Assembly: GCF_001447785.1 (NCBI RefSeq)
Contig: NW_015161961.1
Location: 1,059,833 to 1,123,832, forward strand
From: Gekko japonicus
Lineage: Eukaryota
Length of the DNA: 64,000 nucleotides
Direction: 5' to 3'
This document shows, one piece after another, positions 22,112 to 34,055 of the stretch (positions are counted from its first letter, which is position 1; every line of letters starts with the position of its first letter). The notes beneath the pieces are model-generated. The model had not been told where the DNA came from. It saw nothing but the letters and a program-made list of their open reading frames with translations, and made no database searches. The position numbers and the translations under genes were made by a program.

Positions 22112-25100
22112 GAAGGTTTTTCTACAAACTTGGGGGACCCTCCCCCCCGGTTTGCAGAAAAATGTGATAACTGGGGGGAAATGGAGGAGCATTTTCTGTG
22201 CAAATAACTTCTTGCTTTCTGGTGGAGTGGTGAGAATGAGATGGGGTGAGGAAAACTCCCTCTGGAATCCAGCAAAGCTAGGGATTGAGGTGTGCCTTTG
22301 AGGTGACAAGGCTGGGGTTGGGTGGGATCAGGGGAGCTACCTCCGTTATTTCCACCACTGAGGCAGTGAGGATGGGGTCAAATAGGATGGGCTGCCTCTG
22401 TTGTCACCACAGATGGTGACAGGCAGGATGGGGAAACTGCCTCCATTGTTGTCCTGTGCTCTGTAGTCCAGCCCAGTCAGATACTGTCAGGAATAGTGTC
22501 CTTAGTTCTAGACAGTAAGGCTTGAGAACATCAGTAGGAGCCGAGAGCTGGAACTGGAGATAAAGAACTGGAACTGGCAACAAGGAGCTAGAACACAAGG
22601 CTTCACCTAGTGATGTTTTAAACACAAGAAATCCAGTGGGCTGCTGCACTAAACCTGTACAATTTTATTAGCAATCTCATAGAGGTACTAGGAAGAGGGA
22701 ACACCATTCGTAAACATAGCAGCAATAGCAGTTCTAAACACTGGAAGCTACAGAACAGAAATGAATAAAAGTTTCCTAACAGTGGGCAGTACCATCCACA
22801 TGCGGCAAGGGTAGTCCTCCTGTGTTCCTCTCCATTGCTGTAGTCCTTTTTGGCCCCTAGAGGGATTGATCCTGGGAACCATATGGAAGACAGCTGTACA
22901 GGTTGGAGGGAAGCAGCATGGGGAGGGACAAAGAGCTGAAATTGCTCCTCCTCCTTGTTCCACACATGATATTTCCAGGTCCAGGAAGCCCCCTCCCCAT
23001 TTCTGCAGCTCCCTTGGACCCTGGACATATCACTTCTGGGGGCTCAGGATCTGTACAGAGGAACAGAGGTGACGGTTGGCAGACTGGACCTATGAGGGAG
23101 AAAAATCTCACCTGCCCCCTCAGCAGAGCTGCGTGTGTAAAACAGGAAGGAGGAGCAACTCCAGCTCCTTGTCCCTCTCATTCTGGTACCCACAACTGCT
23201 CTTCCTTGGGTCCTGTATTCCCAGGAATAATCCTCCAGGGATCAAAAAGAGCCACAGCAATGGAGAGGAAAACAGAACTATACTTTCTGCACATGGAGCA
23301 GTAGGATTTTGCCCAGTTACTGTATCTTTTCCCCTATGGGTACAAAACCCACATGGAGTGGGTAATTTTTACTCCAATTGATTTAGAAGGGTTAACATTT
23401 TTAGGATGGTACAGTGAATGTATATAATAGACCTTTCCCTTTTACTTCTGAAGACCATCATTAATCTGCTAATAATAGCAGGAAAGCTCTCTCCGGAAAT
23501 TAATATGCACTAGACAAATGGCACTTTCTACACCTGCAGTAGACAGTACAATTTGGTGAGAGTGAAGCACCCAGCTAAGATCTTGTTTGATGAAGGAAAT
23601 TCTGCTGTTATTCTGAATATTAAAATTAATTAGCCTTCAAGAGAAGATGACTGTACAAGCCTCATGACTCAGAAGCAAATGTATTAATGATAGATTTTGG
23701 GAGAATGCAGACCCAAATTTAAATGGCAACATTAATTGATGGCGTAAAAGTCATTTAACAATTCTAAACTAATCTATTATATTTTTCTATATAAAAAACA
23801 TGGGCATTATTCCAGTAAATTCCAAAATAAAATGTTTATCAAGTGCTATGGCCTGATATGAATTTGGGGAATACACTCACACATTTTCTCTTATCTTGAA
23901 TTTGCTTGCAGAAATCCAGGTCTAGATACTCTTCCCATTAGCCTCTGGAATGTTGAACTTAATACCAAATATTGACCAACTTTTTAAAAACTTTCTGTGG
24001 TAGAATAATTTTACAAACAGTTTGCTGACAAAGGCCATGTTGCTGTGTTCCTTCAGGACTATTAGGGAGGGTCAAGTGGCCTACATTTTGCAATATTGCT
24101 AAGGGGCAGCTAACTGTCTTTTACTAACAGTCCAATTCTTAACAGGATTATTATATTTTTAGCACTATGTGGAGCTCAATTTAGAATTAATGTTAGGCTC
24201 CAAAATATCTTGGGAAGTTAACATCTTCTTTAGTTCCTTTGTCATTCCAGAATTTTACACTGTGCTCTGTTCTACTCAGCCTTTAACTACCTATGTGTTA
24301 CAATTTTCATCTTGTCCCTCCTCCAAGAAGCTCAGCATGGCTAACATCTTTTTTGCTTCCTCCACTTAATTCTTACAACAACCCCATGAGATAGGTTAGA
24401 TTAAAAGAGAGCGATTGGTCCAAGGTCACCCGGTAAGTTTCAGGAGGCTTAGTGGGGATCTGAATATAGACGTTTCAACTTAAGCAGTGTTACACCCTTC
24501 TTAGCCCATTGGCTCACCGCGTGAGTTTCAACAATTCATTCCAGAACTGAAGCCTGTGTCATGTGCCACTTTCAGCTCATTTGTATCCTTCTATATACTA
24601 TGATACTGATGAACATGTGCACACTAATAAAACACTGCGAAAAAGCAATCAGTGTGATTGTGCATATGATTTCATCAAGATTCTTTTTGTCTAATGCATT
24701 TCTGCAGTTGCAGAACTGAATTCCTCAATGTTCATTGGTAAAATATCAGAGAAAACAAATCTTAATACAACCATAAAAGCAATCTATGGCAGAGGCAGTG
24801 CTTCTGTAGGGTGTACAGACAGTTTTACAATCTGATCATTTTCTGTAACTTTGCCAGACAGTGGCGGGTCATTTCAGCTCTTTATCAGGGAGGCGCCAGG
24901 GCCCAGGCTGCCTGTGCAGCTGCTAAGCCTGCCCTGCCAGAGCTTGCTGGGGGAAGGAGTGGCAGGCTTGCAGGGGGAGGGAGAAGGAGGCTCCTCTGTG
25001 TGTGCTTGGGGCAGAGGAGGCAGCCCATGGTGTATCAGCTGATGCCAGCCTGAAGCTAGGGTAAGGAGCTACTCCTCCCTCCCCAGCTCCATTATTCAAT

Positions 25101-26695
25101 TTAATTTAATTTAATTAGTGCCCCCAGCGCCCCCTCCCAAAAAAATCCTGGCTACAGTCTTGGTGGGATGCTGCAATTTTTTTCAGTGGACATGTTTGAC
25201 ACTTGCAATCAGACTGTGAGCTGAACTTGGATATGTTCAGTTTGCACCAAATGATGTGAGTGGCTATCGAACAGGCTTGTTACCCTGTTGTTCAGAAGGC
25301 AAGATAATCTGGGAGGCATCTTTAGATTCCCAAGTGCACCAGGCAGAACAGACTTAAATGGGTTGCAAATAGTTGAACAGTCCACTGATAAATTGTCTGC
25401 CTGGTTGCATCTGGGAAACAGGAGATGAACTAAGGGGTCTGATTACATGATATATTAAATGTGAGTTCAGTTGGAAGAAATCCCAATACAACTCATGTTT
25501 AACATGTAATCCGGGGGGGGGGGGGGCTGGTTGTTTTTCAACCAAGCAACACCACAATTGCTGTGGAGTGAGTGCTGTCTACTAAAGAAGTATCAAGTTT
25601 CAAGCAAATTGAACCAGGGAGATGAATTCCATGGCCCCCTGAACAAGCTGTCCCAGCTCTCTGTTTTCCCAGTCATAGTACTTGTAAAGAACAAAAGGCT
25701 CTGCCCCCCACAAAAAAGGGAGGGAAAGATGGCTCTGTGGCTTGGCTCCAAAGGTGATTACTGGAAGCACACTGTGTTCCTCCATTACAAGGATTCAGTT
25801 GGAAGGGAGAAATACTATTGCTCTAGAAATCAGTAGAATCAAGGAAAAATAAAAGCACATGCTGTAGCCAGCTAGCAGCACCTGAACTTGAAAACAACAC
25901 AGATTTCTTCAGGAATTTCACTAAGAATCCCAGATTCCTAATACCATTCTGGAAAATCACTATAATAATCCCAAACAGCAATTTCTGTGTATATCTTTGG
26001 CTCAGGAATTCCTCAATGTTCATATTTAAGATTTTTGCTACATGAAACATGCCAAAATGGTCTCCATACCCGTTAAGTTGCACTTCAGTATTAAATAGGT
26101 TCTCCTGATCAATAACCTTTTTGAATAAAACTGGAAATTCATCCCAACAGATGGGATATTCTCATTCTCCAAATTGTGCAAAGCATTACAGGAAAAAACA
26201 AAACAAAAAACAAACAGTAAACTATTTCCCCATATGATGAATGTTCTCCCTTTTCCTTTATTTTTGCAAGTTGTTAAACAATTTAATGATTCCTCCTTCC
26301 CCATCTGTGCTACAATTTAAGTGATTTGCTGTACAGTTAATCAGTTATACAGTTAATCAGCATCTCAGTGGTTAGCCTATTTGATTTATTTATGTGGGAA
26401 TTGTGTCTTGCTTTCACTACAAGCCTAACCCACTCATTCACAGGTGTGTGTGTTTGTGTAATATATTATTCCTTGCCCCGGACACAAATATGTATTATTT
26501 TATGGTACTTAACCTGCCCTGTCTTATTAGGATGAGACAAAACAACAATATTTACACCCAAAGGAATGTAATAAAATGTCTTCACATATACTATGTTGTA
26601 TATTATAGCAGTGATTTTCATACTGTGGGTCGTGACCCAAAAGTGGGTAACAACTCTTTCACTGGTAGGTTGCAACAGTCAAAACTGTTGAGTTA

Positions 26696-28720
26696 GGAGA
26701 CTCTGGCTCCTTCTGTTCTCTGCAGGGAACACCCCACCCTAGCTCAAGCAATTGCAAATTCCAACAGTAAAGAAACATGGTAGGGGATCCAAGGAGCTGA
26801 TGTGGATGAACAGAGAATTCCATTATGTGCTAAGGGAGAAAAAGGAAATGTTCAAAAATGGAGGCAAGGACATACCGCTAAAGAAGAGTATCTGCGGGTT
26901 GCTAGGCACTGTAGGTCAGCCATCAGACAGGCCAAAACTCACAGTGAGCTAAAGCTGGCCAGGAAGGCTTGCTACAACAAGAAAATCTTCAGATATGTGA
27001 TGAGCAAGCACAAAATAAAAGAGGCGATGTGCCCACTGTTGGGTGAAAATGGTGAAACTTTGACAGAGGACAGAGAGAAAACAGAAAGCCTTAATGCCTA
27101 TGTTGCCTCAGGTTTTTTTCCCCTAAAGAAGAGAATAGGCTTATCTAGAGATGGTAGTAGGCAAGGCACGGCATTCGAGCTGCTGGTTGACATGGACAGA
27201 GAGGTAGTTGAGAAGCACCTGGCTGCACTGAATAAGTACAAATCCCCAGGGCCAGATGGTATGCCCCCAAGAATGCTCAAAGAACTTTATAGAGAGCTTG
27301 CAGAGCCTTTGTCTGTCATCTTCCAGACCTCTTGGAGGACGGGGATGTGCCACAAGACTGGAGGAGGGCAGATGCTATCCTAATTTTCAAAAAAGAGAAG
27401 AGAGATAACCCAGAAAACTACAGGCCAGTCAGTCTGACCTTTGTCCCAGGGAAGATACTGGGGCAGATTTTAAAGGGATTGATCTGCAAGCATCTAAAGG
27501 ACAGTTTAGTGATCCAGGAAGTCAGCACAGATTTGTCCCCAACAGGTCCTGCCAAACCAACCTCATTTCCTTCTTTGATCAAGGATTTCAGTAAAACCTT
27601 TGACAGGGTTCCCCATGATGTTCTGATGGGTAAACTAGAGGACTGTGGACTGGACTCTAGGATAGTTAGGTGGATAGGGAACTGGTTGGAGAACCACACT
27701 CAAAGAGCAGTTGTCAATGGCATTTCATCTGAATGGAGGGAGGTGTCCAGCGGGGTTCCACAGGGCTCAGTTCTGGGCTCAGTACTTTCAGTATTTTTAT
27801 AAATGATCTGGATGAGGGTGTGAAGGGGCTACTCATTAAATTTGTTGATGACACCAAATTGGGAAGAGCCGCAAACACACCAGAAGATAGAGATAGAATT
27901 CAAACAAGATCTGAACATGATGGAAAAGTGATGTGAAGAAGATGCAACTTAATAAGGAGAAGTGCCGAGTTCTACATCCAAGTAACAAAAATGAGAAACA
28001 CACATACTGGATGGGGGATACACTTCTGAGCAGCAGTGTGTGTGAACAAGATCTTGGGGTATGGGTGGACCGAAAGTTAAATATGAATAACCACTGTGAT
28101 GTGCTGACAAAAAAGGCTAATGTGATCTTGGGGTGTATCAACAGAGGCATAACATCCAAATAGCAAGATGTCATAGTCGCCCTGTACACTGCATTGGTCA
28201 GGCCACACCTGGAGTATTGTGTGCAGTTCTGGAGGCCTCACTTCCAAAAGAATGAGGACGGAATGGAGCGGGTGCAGAGGAGAACGACGAGGATGATCAG
28301 GGACCTACAGACCAAGCCCTGTGAGGAAAGGCCGAGGGACTTGGGGATGTTTAGTCTGGAGAAGAAGAGGTAGAGGGGGGACATGATTACTCTCTTTAAG
28401 TATTTGAAGGGCTGTCACATTGAGGAGGGCAGGGAGCTGTTTCTGTTGGCAGCAGAGGATAGGGCTCACAATAATGGGTTTAAATTAAGGGTGGGAAGGT
28501 ACCAGCTGGATATTAGGAAAAACTTTTTTACACTATGAGTTGTGCAACAGTGGAACCAGCTGCCTAGGGAGGTGGTGGCTCCCCTTCACTGGCAGTCTTT
28601 AAGCAGCAGCTGGACAAACACTTGTCAGAGATGCTCTAGGCTGATCCTGCATTGAGAAGGGGGATTGGACTAGGTGGCCTGTGCGGCCCCTTCCAACTCT
28701 GTGGTTCTATGATTCTAGGA
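26696..28720 (+). mobile_element. 5'-truncated CR1 LINE, degenerate RT
   Basis: KSPGPDGMPPRML, NYRPVSLT, DFSKTFD, SGVPQGSVLG and KFVDDTKL across frameshifted ORFs 26802-28163; CR1 tail TTCTATGATTCTAGG; TSD TTGAGTTA (26688-26695, 28721-28728). Confidence 0.92.
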
Positions 28721-30804
28721 TTGAGTTATCATATTCTGTCCTCCTCATCTCCTCTTTCACCTCGGGTATAGCTTACACCCACTGGCATCTGAACCCAAGC
28801 AGTGATAGGTCTTAAAAAGTAGAATACGTTTAGTAAGTGGATCCTGCTTCAAAACACTTGGTAACTGCTGGTCTATAGTGTTTTGACCTTGTCTACAAAA
28901 AGGTGGTCCTGATAGCAAAGTAGGGTGCTCTTTCATGTAGAACTGGACTTCAGCTGTGCAGTTGCCAAACTGTAAGACAAAAACAAAAGAAGGGAAAGAA
29001 TTATGGCCAGCATGATAAACATTTCAATAACTGGTTGCAGACTGAGGCATGAAGCAGGAATGTTGGTGCCTAGAAAGAAGGATTTGTTCCTTTTCATATC
29101 AGATCTATGGCTCACCAGATCTGCCATAACTTATCGTGAGTAGCAGTGGCTTTTCTGGGTCCCAGGCAGATGTCTTTCCTTATCTGAGAGAAACATGACC
29201 CCCTCTATTACTGAGGCCTCAATCATTTAGCAAATGTATGTAAAATAATGGTGGAACTATACTCTTTCAGTCTTTTGTCTTCAAACCTTAAACATGCACA
29301 CAAAGAATCATTTTTGTAAATCTGGGTGTAAACAAATTGCAAGGTGCTTTCACCCCCATGGTGACCATGGAATTGCTTCTGAAGTGCACGCCAGCAATTG
29401 AAATCAACGCAGACTATGAAGAAAAATGTTAGAAAGTATGGAATAATGCTTAAAACAAATCACGGGACGCTACTTTATTAGAAGTAAATTGTCGTACCAC
29501 AGCAGTGATTTATGGAAATAAAGACTAATGAATCACTGAAGCTAACCTAGAAAGGCACTACAGAGCAATATATTTTGGTCTGTATCAGAGCAATGGAAAA
29601 TCGTAAAACCATCCCTCTACCACCCATGCATAACTTCTAGGAATATGAAATGTGATTATACTTATACAAATGTAAGTTCTCTGGGAACTACTTGAGATTT
29701 AGGGTATGACAAGGAGTGACCCATAAGGATTTTTAGGGAGGAGGAATACCATTCAGCCCAGTTGTGCTTTCCCACCTTCATGCTGTCCTTTCATATGCTC
29801 TCAGTTTCTCACCACAACAGCCATTCTAGCTCCATGGGCTTTTCTTCCCCCTCTGCAGGCTGTCCTGTTTTTCTTTCCCTGTCCTCACTGCCTCTCCTTT
29901 CTCCATAGTCTTGTGACCCTTGGAAGCTCTCCTTTGCTTCCTGTAAGCTCCCGCCCCCCCAGCCCAACTCTCCTTTTAAAGCTTTCCATTATGGACTCTC
30001 CTTTCTCTATAGCTGCCTAGGTTTCCATAGAGTTTTTGGCTGAGTACTATGCCATCACTCCCAGTGCGATGGCATCACTTCTGGGTTATGCCAGAAGTTG
30101 TGTCATCATGTGGGTATGATTGTTCCCCCAGTAAGTTTCCCCCCCCCCCCCCCCCAATCTTCCTCCAGTAGCCAGGCCATGCCATACCTGGCAACCCTAA
30201 ATTTCTTTGAGAGGATTAGTATCACATCCAGGAAAAACCCAATTTCACCACAGAGCTTCCTGTGATTCCTACAGAGCCATGAAATCACTTCCAGGTCTCC
30301 CCAGAAGTGATGTCATGCCACTGTTGTTGCCTGCCCCCCACATCCCTGCCCCCAAGTCTCCCACTGGTTTCTCCCTTCCTGGCCCCAGCCTCCTCCTGTG
30401 GCCTCTCTCACTGTACTCATTTCCTTCTGCTTGTTACTGCCAGTGCTTGTGCACAATTTCAGATTGATAGCACCATAACTGCCTGTTCTCCTGATTACCT
30501 GATTGAGAAGAAAGAGGAAGAGTCATCCTTTCCACCAATGGTAGCACCATGGCATGCATGTCAAGGAACAGATTGAAGATGGGCAGACTAAATCTTCCTG
30601 CGGTGTCCAATAGTTCTACTGCCACCACCCAGAAAGAGAGGGTAGGATGCAATCACTGTTGGTGCCCAGTGGTAACTCTTCCTGAGACATTTGGGTCTGA
30701 GCAGTTGCCAGTGACGCCCAACCCTGAGGCTAGCCTTCTGGACCTTATACCTGTTTATGGCTGGTGTGTTGTCTAGATAGTTCCAGAAATCTTCCTTTGA
30801 GTGT

Positions 30805-30849
30805 NNNNNNNNNNNNNNNNNNNNNNNNNNNNNNNNNNNNNNNNNNNNN
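30805..30849. other. Assembly gap
   Basis: Run of N. Confidence 1.
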
Positions 30850-31668
30850 TGCAAAAGTATAAAAGCTAGGCTACTTCAATGCAACCAGCAGATGTAATTA
30901 CAAATGCATAGACCTTTTCCCAGGAGCCTGAAAGCATATGTAACTTAATTTAACATTTTCCAGGAGGCTTAACTGATTTGCCAGGCCAATAGTTGCTGTA
31001 TTTAGAAGGATACATGTTTAATTTATAAATTAGCAGATTACAATCTTGTGCGCTAGCTCCATATTAAATGAAGTGTTAATGTAATACAAGACAAATGACA
31101 CATGATAAACCATATGAGCATATATACAAACGTGCATTAATATGTTGGCTTCTGGTGCCCTCTGTCAGTGTGACTGCTTTCCCCCATAATCCATGTTTCT
31201 AATTATCTCTTGTATTCCTTGCATATAAATAGCTAATTACTTAGTGTCCCTGTCAACCATAAATTATGTAATATCTGAAAACATATTCCTTTAGAAATTT
31301 AATATAGGATAACTCAGTGAGCTCCCAAATGGAAGAAACAGATTTTTTGTTTGTTTAGTAAGATGACCAAGTCTTTAATTTTGGTTAGCTGCTCTTCTAC
31401 AGCCCCCAAACAGGAACCCTCTAATTTTTGAAAAAAGGGGTACTATCTTGGAACAAGATATTCTTAATATGTACAGCCTGTGCTTGATATCTAAATTAGG
31501 AGCTGAAAATACTTCCCACTTGATTCGTTTTTTGTTCTGTAAATTCACCCTTCCAGTTTAGCTAGAAGAACTCTAAACTCTTCCAGTTTAGTCCAAAAGA
31601 AGTCTGGCTGTCTGGCCACACATAAACTTTAATCTGTCTGAGAGATATTCTCCTCCATTATTTGTGCA

Positions 31669-32117
31669 AGGTAATAGGTGAAACTGTTATCAAACTCCAT
31701 GTGAATTGGGCAGCTTTTCCACTGAAGTGCAATTTTTCATACATTATCAAACTATTGGTTAGAAGAAGACGTCTGTCGAAACGGCACTGCATTCCGGAGA
31801 CTACCGTCCCGTTGTTGTCACCTTCTATCTTTATGTACCTGAATCTATAACTTGAATGTATTATTATTACTTTTTTACTTTCATATTCATAACTTCACGA
31901 GTTTTGTTACAGAAATATTGAGTGCACTGTGCACCAAGGGTGTAGACTTTCCAATTTCCCGGGGGGGGGGGCTGGGGCTGGGCCAGAGGCATTGCTTTGC
32001 TAGGAGCAAGGGTGGCTCCCGGGGGAGGCTGAGTACCTTCCTGAAAATTTCGGCGGGGGCTGAAGCCCCGCCGCCCCCACGAAGATTACGCCTATGCTGT
32101 GCACAGTTCTTGTGGAT
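31669..32117 (+). mobile_element. Probable Penelope-like pLTR fragment with decayed hammerhead
   Basis: Near-TSD TTATTT(G/T)TGCA (31658-31668, 32118-32128); TAGAAGAA-GAC-GTCT-GTC-GAAACGGC at ~31760. Confidence 0.45.
31935..32096. mobile_element. hAT-type MITE
   Basis: Exact 8-bp TSD CTGTGCAC (31927-31934, 32097-32104); ends CAAGGGTGTA / TACGCCTATG. Confidence 0.8.
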
Positions 32118-32461
32118 TTATTTTTGCATGTCCTTGACCAGAGCCAGGGCTTTTTCTGCCAAACTCTCTGTGGAACCTAATGCAGTCCCGCAGAGCTTGC
32201 AAGGCAGAGATGTTCTGGGAGACTCTTGGTTGAGGACAGTGACAGCTACCATCCTACTGGCACTCTCCCCTTTCTCCTCCTCTCCCTCTTCTCTTTTCCA
32301 CCTGCTTCCTTTCCATCTTGTGGGACAGGGACAAAACTAGAATTTGGTGTGTTAAATGCCATCAGAGAATGTTTTTATTTATGTATTATTTAAATTGTGC
32401 TATTATTTATGAGTATTTTTATCATTATGTTGTTCATTGCCCTGAGCTGTGTGTACTCAGG

Positions 32462-32660
32462 GGTAAGGTAAAGGTAAAGGTTTCCCTTGCTCAAAAGCCA
32501 GTCAAATCTGACTCTAGGGATGCGGTGCTCATCTCCATTTCCAAGCCAAAGAGCCAGCGCTGTCCGAAGACATTTCCATGGTCATGTGGCTGGCGTGACT
32601 AGATACCGAGGTGCATGGAACACTGTTACCTTCCCACCAAAGTGGTATCTATTTTCTACT
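32462..32660 (-). mobile_element. Sauria SINE (Squam1) 3' part
   Basis: (AAAGGT)n tail; homologous to 57393-57743. Confidence 0.8.
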
Positions 32661-34055
32661 TTCAATTTCTTGTTTTTGAACAGGGTGATCTATAAATTTG
32701 AATTATAAATAAATAAATAAAATTAATTCAGGAATTAGACCATGTGCAATTTCCTGGAAGTTCTTTCCCAGTTATTTGCACATTTCTTCCTCAACATCAC
32801 CAATGTGTACCAGCACATTGATAAAACACGGTGTTCTAAAAAGCAGTCTTGATGTTACAGGATATCTGACTGCAACAAGGTTCTTTTTGTGCAGTCTGAT
32901 AGATGTATACATGGATTCTTGTGCATTGATCAAGCAACACACACACACACACACACACACGACTCTTGATGCAATCATATGTGCAATAGCATCAACATTA
33001 GTTTTTGCTTGCGAGAAGGGCAAGCTATAAATATGAATGAATGAATGAATGAATGCTTTATTGATAATGTAAGAGGGACGGAGAACACATTTAGGAACTG
33101 AAAGCCATGGACAATTGTATGCGCTCTATACTGTGCAACATTTAGGAATTTAAAAACAGCATTGGTGGATTTCTAAGGCATCAGTTCCACTTGGGAAGCA
33201 AGACCAAATCTGGGTAACAAATGAGAAGTTTTGGAAGCAACATTTCTAAATTAAACTGATAGATGCACAGGCCTGCTTGAGAAACATGTTCTCTGAGCAC
33301 ATGTTAAGGTGCAGTTTACCATACATCAATGAAAAAGTAATGACAATTCCAGTACCAGAAACTGGGGCATTTAAATGCTCTTCCCACCATTTGGGATACT
33401 GTCTGAAGGTTATTCAGCCTTGCAAGGTGGCATTTTCTTGTCTGAACGTTTAAAGTTTTCAATTATTCTTTAATATGGGGTTCAAGCCAGACTGGAAGAA
33501 GGCTTGCCAAGTGCTGGCAAGCTCCCTTGCCTCCATGTCCCTGCTCTCCCACCGATAGCCTAGCTCAGCCTGGCAATCCTAATTAGAAGGCACATGCTCA
33601 TTGCCACATTGTGAGATGGTTCTGGTTGCTCACAATGAGAAAAAGGTATTTTGTGCATGCTTAGAGACACATATCATTGTTACTTCATGGTCCAGGAGCT
33701 ACACTCTGGCATTGGAAACAATTCCAGAAGACTTCATCGTATTCGATGGCAGGGGCACCACCCACCAAAGCCCTGGACCTGAGGATGTTTGACAGACGGC
33801 TGGACAGGTTCCATCCACAGTCAAGGGACACGGAGTGAACCATGCTCATAAGTAACAGTGTAGCCCCATAGCCAATTATGAAATGTACATTCTGAGCTGC
33901 CATTGTTGGACCCTTTTTCATCAGCGTGGGCACCCACCTTACCCTCTTTACCCTCAGGTTTTAGGAGAATATATTTATTTATTTTTCAGATTTTTACCCC
34001 GCCTTCCCGGCCGAAGCTGGCTCAGGGCAGCTCACAGCACTTAAAAACAAAAAAA

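Noticed and set aside
33601-33933. Possible exon or processed pseudogene fragment
   Set aside because: Coding-like composition, but no recognisable protein in the frames examined and no clear splice pair
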